This document shows positions 1 through 12,805 of a stretch of 40,554 nt of DNA, piece by piece (position 1 is the first letter of the stretch; each line of letters starts with the position of its first letter). Both the position numbers and the translations under genes were made by a program. The notes below the pieces were generated by a model, which searched no databases, had not been told where the DNA came from, and saw only the letters and a list, made by a program, of their open reading frames with translations. Source of the stretch: Gammaproteobacteria bacterium (GTDB lineage: Bacteria > Pseudomonadota > Gammaproteobacteria > Nitrococcales > AK92); NCBI GenBank assembly GCA_036278215.1, contig DASULL010000339.1, positions 1-40,554 of the forward strand. The letters run 5' to 3'.

Positions 1-1
1 T

Positions 2-169
2 CAGATCGACCTGCCGGCCGGTAAGCCATCGGGGTTGCGCGATGCCATGCGGGTTCTGAAAGCGGTAGACGGCATTAGCTTTACTTATTTCGGCCATAGC
101 GACGTGGTGCGCCATCCGTTGGTGCAGCGCATCGTCCAGGCTTACGACCGCGACGAAGAAAAGAGCTAG
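2..169 (+). CDS. phoH: PhoH-family ATPase, C-terminal fragment (5' end lies outside the window)
   Basis: Frame-2 translation QIDLPAGKPSGLRDAMRVLKAVDGISFTYFGHSDVVRHPLVQRIVQAYDRDEEKS* ends at TAG 167-169. It resembles the conserved PhoH/YbeZ C-terminus. It sits upstream of ybeY-corC-lnt, as in the conserved ybeZYX-lnt cluster. Confidence 0.8.
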   Translation, partial: QIDLPAGKPSGLRDAMRVLKAVDGISFTYFGHSDVVRHPLVQRIVQAYDRDEEKS

Positions 170-276
170 GCAGGCGGAACCCGAACCCGGGAGGGCCGCC
201 TGTAGGAGGGTGCTCGGGCTTTAGACCCGAGACGGCCGCACCAGCGGCCGCAAGCTTAGATGCTAAAAAGAGCTAG
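159..276 (+). repeat. 11-nt direct repeat AAAAGAGCTAG bracketing the hairpin-rich spacer
   Basis: Identical 11-mers lie at 159-169 (the last codons plus stop of phoH) and at 266-276. Confidence 0.6.
171..250 (+). other. Three tandem GC-rich hairpins downstream of phoH (possible terminator or REP-like structure)
   Basis: CAGGCGG (171-177) pairs with CCGCCTG (196-202). CTCGGG (213-218) pairs with CCCGAG (226-231). CGGCCGC (233-239) pairs with GCGGCCG (244-250). No T-tract follows. Confidence 0.4.
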
Positions 277-287
277 CGGGTAGAGCG

Positions 288-1241
288 ATGCGAGCAGCAT
301 TTCTGGATTTGGACAGCTTTCAGCCGGCTGATCTGGACCTGGCACCGCTACGGCAGGTCCTGCCGGACATCGCCCTCTATGGCGAAACCTCGCCCGAACA
401 GGTGCAAGAGCGGCTTGCCGGGATCGAGGTGGCCATCATCAGCAAGGTGCGGATGACAGCGGCGGTGCTGGCTGCGGCCCCTGCCCTCAAGCTGGTTCTG
501 ATCGCCGCTACCGGCACCGATAACGTTGATCTGGAAGCTGCGCGGGCGCGCGGCATCGCTGTATACAACTGCCAGGCCTACGGCACGGCCGCCGTTGCCC
601 AGCACACGCTGGCCTTGATGCTGGCGCTGGCAACCCGGCTTCCCGACTATCACGACGCCGTCCGCGCCGGCCGCTGGCAGCAAGCGCAACAGTTCTGCCT
701 GCTGGACTATCCCATTGTCGAGCTGGCTGGCCGCACGCTCGGTATCATCGGCTATGGCGAGCTCGGCAAGGCGGTGGCGCGACTGGCGGAGGCTTTCGGC
801 ATGAATGTGCTGATCGCGGCTCGGCCAGGGGGAGAGATACCGCCAGGGCGGCTGGCGCTCGAAGCGCTGCTGCCGCGGGTGGACGTGCTGACCCTGCATT
901 GCCCGCTTACACCTGCCACCCGCAACTTGATCGGCGAGAGCGAGCTCAAGCTGCTACCGTCCCATGCTTTCCTGATCAACGCCGCCCGCGGTGGCCTAGT
1001 CGACGAGGCTGCGCTGGCAACCGCGTTGCGCCAGGGCTGGATCGCCGGCGCCGGCGTCGATGTGCTTAGCGAGGAGCCGCCGCGGCGCGGGAATCCGCTG
1101 CTGGTGCCCGACATTCCCAATCTTATCGTGACTCCGCACAGTGCCTGGGGTAGCCGCGAGGCGCGGCAGCGCATCATCGATCAGTTGGTCGAGAACGTGC
1201 GGGCCTTCGTGACCGGCGCACTGCAGCGGCGGGTCGCATGA
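288..1241 (+). CDS. D-isomer-specific 2-hydroxyacid dehydrogenase (glycerate dehydrogenase / hydroxypyruvate reductase-like)
   Basis: 317-aa ORF with ATG start. It has the NAD-binding motif GIIGYGELGKAVA, plus LHCPLTPATRNLI, INAARGGLVDEAAL and TPHSAW, which are typical of the D-2-hydroxyacid dehydrogenase family. Confidence 0.85.
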   Translation: MRAAFLDLDSFQPADLDLAPLRQVLPDIALYGETSPEQVQERLAGIEVAIISKVRMTAAVLAAAPALKLVLIAATGTDNVDLEAARARGIAVYNCQAYGTAAVAQHTLALMLALATRLPDYHDAVRAGRWQQAQQFCLLDYPIVELAGRTLGIIGYGELGKAVARLAEAFGMNVLIAARPGGEIPPGRLALEALLPRVDVLTLHCPLTPATRNLIGESELKLLPSHAFLINAARGGLVDEAALATALRQGWIAGAGVDVLSEEPPRRGNPLLVPDIPNLIVTPHSAWGSREARQRIIDQLVENVRAFVTGALQRRVA

Positions 1242-1264
1242 CCAAACCTTAACGGGAGCCATCC

Positions 1265-1717
1265 TTGCAGCTCGAACTCGATGTCCAATACGCCAGCGAC
1301 GCGGAAAATCTGCCCAGTGAAGCCGATCTGACCCGTTGGGCGGTGGCGGCACTGCGCGACAGGGACGCTGCCGCCGAGCTCACCATCCGTGTAGTCGATG
1401 AGCCGGAGAGCCAGGCGCTGAACCGCGACTACCGAGGCCGCGACAAGCCCACCAATGTGCTGTCGTTTCCGTTCGAGGCCCCACCTGGGGTAACCAGCGA
1501 TTTGCTGGGAGACTTGCTGATCTGTGCGCCGGTGGTGGCACGCGAGGCAGCGGAGCAGGGCAAGCCGCTGGCCGCGCATTGGGCGCATATGGTTGTCCAT
1601 GGCGTGCTGCATCTGCTCGGCTACGACCATGAGGAAGAGCATGAGGCCGAGCGCATGGAGGCGTTGGAGGTTGAGCTGCTTGAGGGATTGGGTGTGGCGA
1701 ACCCATATTGTGAGTAA
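1265..1717 (+). CDS. ybeY: rRNA maturation endoribonuclease YbeY
   Basis: 150-aa ORF with TTG start 6 nt after a GGGAG Shine-Dalgarno sequence (1254-1258). It carries the zinc-binding signature [11 protein letters not shown]. It sits between phoH and corC. Confidence 0.9.
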   Translation: MQLELDVQYASDAENLPSEADLTRWAVAALRDRDAAAELTIRVVDEPESQALNRDYRGRDKPTNVLSFPFEAPPGVTSDLLGDLLICAPVVAREAAEQGKPLAAHWAHMVVHGVLHLLGYDHEEEHEAERMEALEVELLEGLGVANPYCE

Positions 1718-1882
1718 GAGTTCGTTCCGTGATGTCTATACCCCTGTGGGACGCATCTGCAGTGCGTAGCCGGTTTCCGCGAGTAGCGTCCAGGTGTTAT
1801 TCAAGGTCGCACCCAGGAATCTTTCGTACTAAACTCGCTTCCGGGCGTCTTGCCCTGTTAGCACGGAGCTGTTTCTCAGCGA

Positions 1883-2761
1883 ATGAGCGACGACCAACCT
1901 AGTCACAGTAACGGCCAACGATCGTGGCTGGAACGCCTGGCACAAGTGCTGTCCGGCGGTGAGCCAAGAGACAAAGACGATCTGATTGAGCTGTTACGCG
2001 ACACACAGCAGCGCGGGCTGCTCGAAGCCGATGCACTGGCAATGATCGAAGGCGTCCTGCATGTGGCCGAACTGCAGGTGCGCGACATCATGATCCCGCG
2101 CTCCCAAGTGATTGTCCTGCCCAAGACCAACGATCCTCGCGAGTGGCTGCCGACCGTGATCGAGCATGGCTTTTCGCGCTACCCGGTGGTTGGCGAAAAC
2201 CGCGACGACGTGCTCGGCGTTCTTATCGCCAAGGATCTGCTGCGCTATTTCGGCGAAAATCCGGCCAACTTCGACATGCGCGAGCTGTTGCGGCCGGCAT
2301 TGTTCATTCCGGAAAGCAAGCGTCTCAACGCCCTGCTGAAGCAGTTCCAGGACAGCCGCAACCACATGGCCGTGGTGGTTGACGAGTACGGCGGCCTCGC
2401 CGGCTTGGTCACTATGGAGGACGTGATCGAGCAGATCGTCGGCGAAATCGATGACGAGCACGATTTCGACGAGGATGCCTACATTCTCAAGCACGAGCAT
2501 GGGCATAGCATCGTTAAGGCGCTGACACCGATCGAGGACTTCAACGAACACTTCGGCACCCAGCTCAGTGACGACGAGTTCGACACCATAGGCGGCTTGG
2601 TGGCACACCGGTTCGGGCATGTTCCGCGGCGCGGCGAAGCGGTTGTTATCGGGACGCAGACGTTCCAGGTGATCCGGGCCGACAACCGGCGCATCCACCT
2701 GCTTATGGTATCTGCGGCGCCGGCCGAGAGCGCACTTGCGACCGCCGGCAGTTCCCACTAA
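1883..2761 (+). CDS. corC: CorC/YbeX-type magnesium/cobalt efflux protein (CBS pair plus CorC_HlyC domain)
   Basis: 292-aa ORF. Its N-terminus (SWLERLAQVL...LIELLRD), the CBS-domain region (IMIPRSQV...) and the C-terminal transporter-associated domain are typical of CorC. It is followed 3 nt later by lnt. Confidence 0.9.
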   Translation: MSDDQPSHSNGQRSWLERLAQVLSGGEPRDKDDLIELLRDTQQRGLLEADALAMIEGVLHVAELQVRDIMIPRSQVIVLPKTNDPREWLPTVIEHGFSRYPVVGENRDDVLGVLIAKDLLRYFGENPANFDMRELLRPALFIPESKRLNALLKQFQDSRNHMAVVVDEYGGLAGLVTMEDVIEQIVGEIDDEHDFDEDAYILKHEHGHSIVKALTPIEDFNEHFGTQLSDDEFDTIGGLVAHRFGHVPRRGEAVVIGTQTFQVIRADNRRIHLLMVSAAPAESALATAGSSH

Positions 2762-2764
2762 TCC

Positions 2765-4300
2765 GTGACGGTACTACCTCTATCAAGTCGTTGGGCGCCG
2801 CTGCTGGCCCTGCTGGCAGGTGCTGCCCTGCCGCTCGCTTTTGCTCCGTTCGGCTGGTGGTGGCTAGCGCCGCTGTCGCTGGCGGTGTTGTTTGCCACCG
2901 GCGCCGCCGCGCCCGCCCGCACCGCCGGTTGGGCCGGCTACCTGTTCGGCCTCGGCTTCTACGGGGTCGGGGTTTCCTGGATCTACATCAGTATCAGCCG
3001 CTATGGTCACAGTGGCGCGCTGTTGGCTGCCCTGGCTACCGCGCTTTTCGTCGCTTTTCTGGCGCTGTTCCCATGGCTGTGCGTATGGCTTGCCCGCCGA
3101 TTACGAGGCGGCTCTGGCTTTGCCGTGGTGGCTATAGCCTTTCCAGTGGTCTGGGTATTGCTGGAGTGGCTGCGTACCTGGCTGCTGACCGGGTTCCCCT
3201 GGCTGCTGCTTGGCTACAGCCAGACCGATGGGCCGCTGGCGCCGTTGGCGCCAGTGACCGGGGTGCTTGGGCTCAGCGTACTTCTGAGCTTCTGGGCCGG
3301 CTTGCTGGCATGGCTGCTGCTGGCGGCGCAGCCTCGGCGCATATTGCTCGGGTTGGCGATCGCGGCGCTCACCCTGGTTGGCGTGCGGCTGCTGGATCGG
3401 GACTGGAGCAGCCCAGCCGGGGCGCCGCTGTCGGTCGCGCTGCTGCAGGGCAATATCCCGCAGGAGCAGAAATGGTCGCCGGAATACATGCAGTTCACGC
3501 TGGACCGCTATCGGGAGCTGACCGAGCGGCACTGGGGCGTCGATCTCATCGTTTGGCCGGAAGCAGCGCTGCCGAACTGGTATCACAGGCTCGCCGACGA
3601 TTATATCGAGCCGCTGATCCAGCAGAGCCGTGAGCACGGTACCGATCTGGTGCTGGGGGTGCCGTTCTTCGATCCGCTCAGCGGCGATGCCTACAATAGT
3701 GTGGTGAGCTTGGGCGAGCAGGCGGAGATCTACCATAAGCGACATCTGGTGCCCTTCGGGGAGTACGTGCCGCTGCGCAACGTATTCGGCCGCGCGTTCG
3801 ATCTTCTGGGGGCTCCAATGTCGGATTTTCAGACCGGCGCGAGCAGTGCCCCTCTGTATGCTGCCGGGCACGATGTCGGCGTATCGATCTGCTATGAAGT
3901 GGCGTTTGGTCCGGAAGTGGCGGCCGCGTTGCCGGCAGCGCAACTGCTGATCAACGTCAGTAATGACGCTTGGTTCGGCGATTCTCTGGCGCCTCACCAG
4001 CACCTGCAGATGGCACGGATGCGCTCGTTGGAAACCGGTCGCGGCATGCTGCGTGCCACGAACACCGGAATTACCGCCGTGCTCGACCACAAAGGCCGGG
4101 TCGTTGCCCGCGCGCCGCAGTTCGAGGTCGCCACCCTTACCGCTGAAATCACCCCACGCAACGGCGCGACGCCATATGTGCGCTGGTTGGACCATCCGGT
4201 GCTCGGTTTGCTCGCGGTGCTGATGCTCGGGCTGTTGGCCGCTCGCGCCTGGGAAACCCGTCCTGGACGCATAGAAAGTACGGAAAGCCGCGAGGACTGA
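2765..4300 (+). CDS. lnt: Apolipoprotein N-acyltransferase
   Basis: 511-aa ORF with GTG start. It has a multi-pass hydrophobic N-terminal half followed by a nitrilase-fold domain (LIVWPEAA, HKRHLVPFGEYVP, SICYE). It occupies the conserved position after corC. Confidence 0.9.
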   Translation: MTVLPLSSRWAPLLALLAGAALPLAFAPFGWWWLAPLSLAVLFATGAAAPARTAGWAGYLFGLGFYGVGVSWIYISISRYGHSGALLAALATALFVAFLALFPWLCVWLARRLRGGSGFAVVAIAFPVVWVLLEWLRTWLLTGFPWLLLGYSQTDGPLAPLAPVTGVLGLSVLLSFWAGLLAWLLLAAQPRRILLGLAIAALTLVGVRLLDRDWSSPAGAPLSVALLQGNIPQEQKWSPEYMQFTLDRYRELTERHWGVDLIVWPEAALPNWYHRLADDYIEPLIQQSREHGTDLVLGVPFFDPLSGDAYNSVVSLGEQAEIYHKRHLVPFGEYVPLRNVFGRAFDLLGAPMSDFQTGASSAPLYAAGHDVGVSICYEVAFGPEVAAALPAAQLLINVSNDAWFGDSLAPHQHLQMARMRSLETGRGMLRATNTGITAVLDHKGRVVARAPQFEVATLTAEITPRNGATPYVRWLDHPVLGLLAVLMLGLLAARAWETRPGRIESTESRED

Positions 4301-4361
4301 GCCACAGGTTCAGGCCAGCGGGCTGATGGCGCTGTGTCCGAAACAGGCTGCCCGCCTTTTG

Positions 4362-8177
<3,816 letters not shown>

Positions 8178-8182
8178 CTGGC

Positions 8183-9193
8183 TTGCTCCGGCCGGATGAG
8201 TTGGAACGCCACCTCGGTAAGCGGCTCGCGCCGGTGTACCTGATCGGCGGCGAGGAGCCGCTGTTCCTGCAGGAAGCGGAGGATGCGGTGCGCGCCGCCG
8301 CCCGCGCCGCCGGTCACAGCGAGCGGGTGGTGCTGGAGGTCGATTCCAGTTTCGACTGGCATCGGCTAGCCGATGCCACTGCCAACCTTTCGCTCTTTGG
8401 CGACCGCCGCCTGATCGAGCTGCGGCTGCCGACTGGTCGGCCCGGCACGGTTGGCGCCAAGGCGATCAGCACCTATTGCGAGGCGCCCAGCCCGGACTCG
8501 CTGCTGCTGATCACTACCGGCGCCCTGGATGCCTCGCAGCGGCGCAGTGCCTGGGTTTCGGCAATCGATAAGGCCGGCGTCTTCGTCTACGGCTGGCCGC
8601 TGCCGTTCGCCCAACTGCCGCAGTGGGTAGAGAGCCGCCTGCGCCGCCATGGCCTGAGCGCGGCGGCGGATGCCCTGGAGCTGTTGGCGGAGCGTTCGGA
8701 AGGCAATCTGCTGGCCGCGGCCCAGGAAATCGACAAGCTGCGATTATTGTTCGAAAGCGGCAGCCTCACTCGGGAGCAGGTTGCCGCGGTGGTGGCTGAC
8801 AGCGCCCGGTATACGGTGTTCGATCTGGCGGAGGCGGCGCTGCAGGGGCAGGTCGGGCGCACCGTACGCATTCTCCGGGGGCTGCGCGAGGAAGGGGTCG
8901 AGCCGGTGCTGGCGCTGTGGGCGCTGGCGCGCGATATACGCGTGGCTACCGGCTTGGCCGAGCGCTTGCCGGCAAACGAGCTGTTCAGCCGGGAGAAAAT
9001 CTACGGCAAGGCGCAGCAGGCGGCGCTGCAGCGGGTAGCGCGGTTGGCGCCAGTAGCGACATGGCGCACGCTGCTCATGCGGGCGGCGCGGGTCGACAAG
9101 GTCATTAAGGGGATCGCCGCCGGCAGGTCCTGGGATGAGCTGATACAATTGGGTACATCTTTAGCGCGCATCGCGGGACGCGGCAGCGGCTGA
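8183..9193 (+). CDS. holA: DNA polymerase III subunit delta
   Basis: 336 aa with TTG start. The N-terminus (PVYLIGGEEPLFLQEA) and overall length are typical of HolA. It lies directly after lptE. Confidence 0.85.
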   Translation: MLRPDELERHLGKRLAPVYLIGGEEPLFLQEAEDAVRAAARAAGHSERVVLEVDSSFDWHRLADATANLSLFGDRRLIELRLPTGRPGTVGAKAISTYCEAPSPDSLLLITTGALDASQRRSAWVSAIDKAGVFVYGWPLPFAQLPQWVESRLRRHGLSAAADALELLAERSEGNLLAAAQEIDKLRLLFESGSLTREQVAAVVADSARYTVFDLAEAALQGQVGRTVRILRGLREEGVEPVLALWALARDIRVATGLAERLPANELFSREKIYGKAQQAALQRVARLAPVATWRTLLMRAARVDKVIKGIAAGRSWDELIQLGTSLARIAGRGSG

Positions 9194-9208
9194 TCGATTA
9201 ATGCGGGC

Positions 9209-10486
9209 ATGGAACAAGCGATGACCGACTTCAACGTCCAGACCTACATGCAGGACCTCGGCCGGCAGGCCCGCGCAGCGGCGCGCGCGCTCAGCCGGGC
9301 CGATGCCGGCGTCAAGAACGCGGCGCTGCTGGCGATTGCCACGCAGATCGAGCAGTCGATGGAGCCGCTGCTCGCCGCCAATGCCAAGGATGTCGAGCAG
9401 GGCCGCGCCAACGGCCTCGATGCCGCGCTGCTGGACCGGCTTGAGCTGAATCACGAGCGCGTCAATGCCATGGCGGACGGGCTGCGGCAGATCGCCGCCC
9501 TGCCGGACCCGGTCGGTGCGGTGCGCGATCTGGCTTATCGGCCGAGCGGCATCCAGGTTGGCCGCATGCGGGTGCCGCTCGGTGTGATCGGCATCATCTA
9601 CGAATCGCGGCCGAACGTGACTGCCGATGCCGCCGGACTCTGCCTGAAATCTGGCAATGCCACCATTCTGCGCGGCGGTTCTGAGGCACTGCGGTCCAAT
9701 TCGGCTATCGCCGAGTGCATTCGGGCCGGGCTGCGTCAGGTTGGTCTGCCGGAAGCGACGGTACAGGTCGTCGAGACCAGCGACCGCGCCGCGGTCGGCG
9801 AACTGATCCGGATGAACCGTTACGTCGACGTGCTGGTGCCGCGTGGCGGCAAGAGCCTGATCGAGCGCATCTCGCGGGAGGCGACCGTACCGGTCATCAA
9901 GCATCTGGACGGCGTCTGCCACGTCTACATCGACGACCACGCCGACCGCGACATGGCGCTGCGGGTGGCGCTGAACGCCAAGACGCAGCGCTACGGCACC
10001 TGCAATACCGCCGAAACGCTGCTGGTCGCCGCCGGCATCGCGGCCGACGTGCTGCCGGAGCTGGCGGAGCGCTATATCGCCGCCGGCGTCGAGCTGCGCG
10101 GCTGCGAACGCGCCCGCGCCCTGGTGCCGGCGATGGCGGCGGCCACGGAAGACGACTGGAGCGAGGAATATCTGGCGCCGGTGCTGGCGGTGCGTATCGT
10201 CGAGGGCCTGGACCAAGCGATCGACCACATCGAAACATATGGTTCGCACCACACCGACGCCATTATTACGGAAGACTATGGCCGGGCGCGGCGCTTCCTG
10301 CGCGAGGTCGATTCCAGCTCGGTCATGGTGAATGCTTCCACTCGCTTCGCCGACGGTTTCGAATACGGGCTGGGCGCCGAGATCGGCATCAGCACGGACA
10401 AACTGCATGCGCGCGGGCCGGTTGGGCTGGAAGGGCTGACAACGGAGAAATTCATTGTGCTTGGAGATGGCCAGATTCGTGGCTAA
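9209..10486 (+). CDS. proA: Glutamate-5-semialdehyde dehydrogenase (gamma-glutamyl phosphate reductase)
   Basis: 425 aa, an aldehyde-dehydrogenase-type protein with ProA-typical stretches ([45 protein letters not shown]). An alternative start is ATG 9221 ([10 protein letters not shown]). Confidence 0.92.
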   Translation: MEQAMTDFNVQTYMQDLGRQARAAARALSRADAGVKNAALLAIATQIEQSMEPLLAANAKDVEQGRANGLDAALLDRLELNHERVNAMADGLRQIAALPDPVGAVRDLAYRPSGIQVGRMRVPLGVIGIIYESRPNVTADAAGLCLKSGNATILRGGSEALRSNSAIAECIRAGLRQVGLPEATVQVVETSDRAAVGELIRMNRYVDVLVPRGGKSLIERISREATVPVIKHLDGVCHVYIDDHADRDMALRVALNAKTQRYGTCNTAETLLVAAGIAADVLPELAERYIAAGVELRGCERARALVPAMAAATEDDWSEEYLAPVLAVRIVEGLDQAIDHIETYGSHHTDAIITEDYGRARRFLREVDSSSVMVNASTRFADGFEYGLGAEIGISTDKLHARGPVGLEGLTTEKFIVLGDGQIRG

Positions 10487-10576
10487 AGCCCTGCCGGCAC
10501 GGTGTAGCATAACTGCGCGAGGGCAGCCGCTATAGCTGTCACGCCTATCGGGATCTTCGGCGGCACCTTCGATCCG

Positions 10577-11218
10577 GTGCATTTCGGCCATCTCCGGCCG
10601 GCACTGGAGGTGTTGGAGGAGCTGCAGCTTGCTGAAGTCCGCCTGATTCCCTGCCATGTACCGCCGCATCGCGAGCAGCCCCGACACGGCGCCGACCGCC
10701 GGCTGGAGCTGCTGCGGCTCGCCGTGGCCGATGTGCCGGGGCTAGTGGTGGACGATCGTGAGCTGAAGCGGCCAGGACCGTCCTATACCATCGATACGCT
10801 GACCAGCCTGCGCGGGGAATTTCCACATACCCCGCTTTGTCTAATCGTCGGTATGGATAGCTTTCTGAGCCTGCCCAGCTGGCATCGGTGGCGAGAACTG
10901 ACGAATTTTGCACATTTAGTGGTACTGAGTCGACCGGGTTATGAGCCTTCGGTTAACGACGAACTCGCCGGCTGGCTGGACGGTCGGCGCTGCCGGTCGG
11001 TGCAGCAGTTGAGAGAAGCCAACGCTGGCGCGGTCTACTTTCATCCTGTCACCCAGCTTGATATTTCTGCGACCCGTATCCGCGGCTTGATCGGCAGCGG
11101 TCGAGCGCCGCGGTTCCTGCTGCCGGAGGCGGTCTGGCAGCGGATTGCGACGCAGGGTCTGTACGGTTGGCGCGGCGGGAACATTCACCCACAACCCACG
11201 ATAGGTGGTCATGACTGA
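10577..11218 (+). CDS. nadD: Nicotinate-nucleotide adenylyltransferase (coordinates from the first canonical start; coding very likely begins upstream, see findings)
   Basis: The ORF starts at GTG 10577 ([11 protein letters not shown]...). The same frame stays open back to TAG 10505-10507 and encodes ...[20 protein letters not shown], the full NadD nucleotidyltransferase motif. The proA-nadD-rsfS-rlmH order is conserved. Confidence 0.85.
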   Translation: MHFGHLRPALEVLEELQLAEVRLIPCHVPPHREQPRHGADRRLELLRLAVADVPGLVVDDRELKRPGPSYTIDTLTSLRGEFPHTPLCLIVGMDSFLSLPSWHRWRELTNFAHLVVLSRPGYEPSVNDELAGWLDGRRCRSVQQLREANAGAVYFHPVTQLDISATRIRGLIGSGRAPRFLLPEAVWQRIATQGLYGWRGGNIHPQPTIGGHD

Positions 11219-11588
11219 ATCTGACATGCGACTGGAGCAACTGGAACAGGTCGTCCGGCATGCGCTGGATGAATTGAAGGCAGTCGAGCCGGTCATGCTC
11301 GACGTGCGCGGCAAAACGCCGCTTACCGATATGATGTTCGTTGTCTCCGGCAACTCGTCCAGGCACGTGAAATCGATCGCCGACAACGTGGTCGACAAAG
11401 CGAAGGAGGCTGGCCTGCGGCCGGTTGGTATCGAGGGCGAGGACGCAGGCGAGTGGATTCTGGTGGATCTTGGCGATGCCGTGGTCCATGTGATGCTGCC
11501 CGCAGTGCGCGAGCTCTATCGGCTGGAAGGCATTTGGGGCTTTGAGGCCGACGAAGATTTGTCGCTGCTGAACGGAACCCAGCAGTAG
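11205..11588 (+). CDS. rsfS: Ribosome silencing factor RsfS
   Basis: 127 aa from GTG 11205, or 125 aa from ATG 11211. It is an RsfS/YbeB-like sequence ([32 protein letters not shown]). It overlaps the end of nadD. Confidence 0.88.
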   Translation: MVMTESDMRLEQLEQVVRHALDELKAVEPVMLDVRGKTPLTDMMFVVSGNSSRHVKSIADNVVDKAKEAGLRPVGIEGEDAGEWILVDLGDAVVHVMLPAVRELYRLEGIWGFEADEDLSLLNGTQQ

Positions 11589-11601
11589 GCCAGATCGACG
11601 C

Positions 11602-12066
11602 GTGCGCCTCTTGATGATCAGCATCGGGCAGAAGATGCCCGATTGGGTGACTGCCGGTGTGCGTGAGTACACCGGCCGCCTGCCTGCCAATCTGCTGCAA
11701 CTGATCGAATTGCCGCTGGGAACGCGGACCAAGGCCGGCGATCCGCGGCGCGCTCAGGCCGAGGAAAGTCAGCGCCTGCTCAAGGCGATTCCAGACGGCG
11801 CCTGGGTAGTGGCGCTCGACCCGCGCGGCCGCTCCCTGGCGACGGAAGCAGTGGCGGAACGGCTGGAGGGCTGGCTGCAGGATGGGCGCGACGTCGTTTT
11901 CCTGATTGGCGGCCCAGAAGGGCTCACCGAGGAATGCCTTGCCCGCAGCGACGAGCGCTGGTCGTTGTCGGCAATGACTTTTCCCCACATGCTGGTCCGT
12001 ATCATTCTGGCGGAACAGCTCTATCGCGCCTGGACGATTCTCCGGAATCATCCGTATCATCGCTAG
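11602..12066 (+). CDS. rlmH: 23S rRNA (pseudouridine1915-N3)-methyltransferase RlmH
   Basis: 154 aa with GTG start. SPOUT-family RlmH features are present (ISIGQKMPDWV, LIGGPEGL, SLSAMTFPHMLVRIILAEQLYRAW). It follows rsfS. Confidence 0.9.
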   Translation: MRLLMISIGQKMPDWVTAGVREYTGRLPANLLQLIELPLGTRTKAGDPRRAQAEESQRLLKAIPDGAWVVALDPRGRSLATEAVAERLEGWLQDGRDVVFLIGGPEGLTEECLARSDERWSLSAMTFPHMLVRIILAEQLYRAWTILRNHPYHR

Positions 12067-12202
12067 GAAAGCATTTCCTTAAATTCGGCCTGCCCGAACG
12101 TATCCCTGCATTCCAGAATGCCTCGCAACAGATTCTTTATGCGGGGCAAAGAGGGCGTATTGGAATAGACTTCACGTATTACCATTGCACAGGGAAGAAT
12201 TC

Positions 12203-12805
12203 ATGCTGACGGACACCACCCCCGACATCTATCTCGCTTCAAGTTCTCCGCGCCGCCGCGAGCTGCTCGATCAGATCGGCGTACGTTACGGCTGGCTGGC
12301 TGCCGACATCGAGGAGATACCCAAGCCGGGGGAGAGCCCAGAAGTGTTCGTCTTACGTCTGGCTCTGGAGAAAGCACGGGCTGGGTTGCGGGCTCGGGGT
12401 AGCCGGCCGGCCCTGCCGGTGCTGGGTGCCGATACCGCCGTGGTATTGGATGACACGCTGCTCGGCAAGCCGGAAACTCAGGAGCAGGGCGTTGCCATGC
12501 TCCAGCAACTGTCCGGCAAGACCCACCGGGTGCTGACCGCCATGGCGCTGACCGATGGTGAGCGCGAGGCTACGAGGCTGTCGGTCAGCTATGTCAGTTT
12601 TCGGGAGATCACCCTGGAGGAGGCCAACCGTTACTGGAAAACCGGCGAGCCGTGGGACAAGGCTGGCGGCTATGCGATCCAGGGGCGGGCCGCCGTATTC
12701 ATCGAGCGGCTGGAAGGCAGCTATTCTGGGGTGATGGGACTGCCGCTGTTCGAGACGGCGCAGTTGCTTGACGAGTTTGGTGTTACCTATCAGCGGCATT
12801 GGTAG
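12203..12805 (+). CDS. maf: Maf-like nucleoside triphosphate pyrophosphatase (YhdE type)
   Basis: I place the start at ATG 12203 (MLTDTTPDIYLASSSPRRRELL), preceded by AGGGAAG. It has the Maf motifs SSSPRR, GADTVV and KAGGYAIQG. The ORF-track TTG at 12185 is an alternative start. Confidence 0.88.
   Translation: MLTDTTPDIYLASSSPRRRELLDQIGVRYGWLAADIEEIPKPGESPEVFVLRLALEKARAGLRARGSRPALPVLGADTAVVLDDTLLGKPETQEQGVAMLQQLSGKTHRVLTAMALTDGEREATRLSVSYVSFREITLEEANRYWKTGEPWDKAGGYAIQGRAAVFIERLEGSYSGVMGLPLFETAQLLDEFGVTYQRHW

Noticed and set aside
288-1241. The dehydrogenase gene considered as a horizontally acquired islet.
   Set aside because: Its base composition and codon style look like those of its neighbours by eye. 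It appears translationally and transcriptionally integrated with ybeY, and no mobility genes flank it. Only the flanking 11-nt repeat is retained, as a low-interest finding.
1718-1882. The 165-nt ybeY-corC spacer, with partial stems such as GGACGC (1749-1754) with GCGTCC (1786-1791), considered as a possible small RNA.
   Set aside because: The stems are short and mutually competing. No terminator-like end or promoter-like element was evident by eye. Nothing distinguishes it from an ordinary intra-operon spacer without conservation data.
2601-2615. A sigma-54-like promoter motif, TGGCAC-N5-TTCG, about 160 nt upstream of lnt.
   Set aside because: It lies inside the corC coding sequence. The -12 element is TTCG rather than TTGC. 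corC and lnt are only 3 nt apart, so they appear co-transcribed. This is most likely a chance match.
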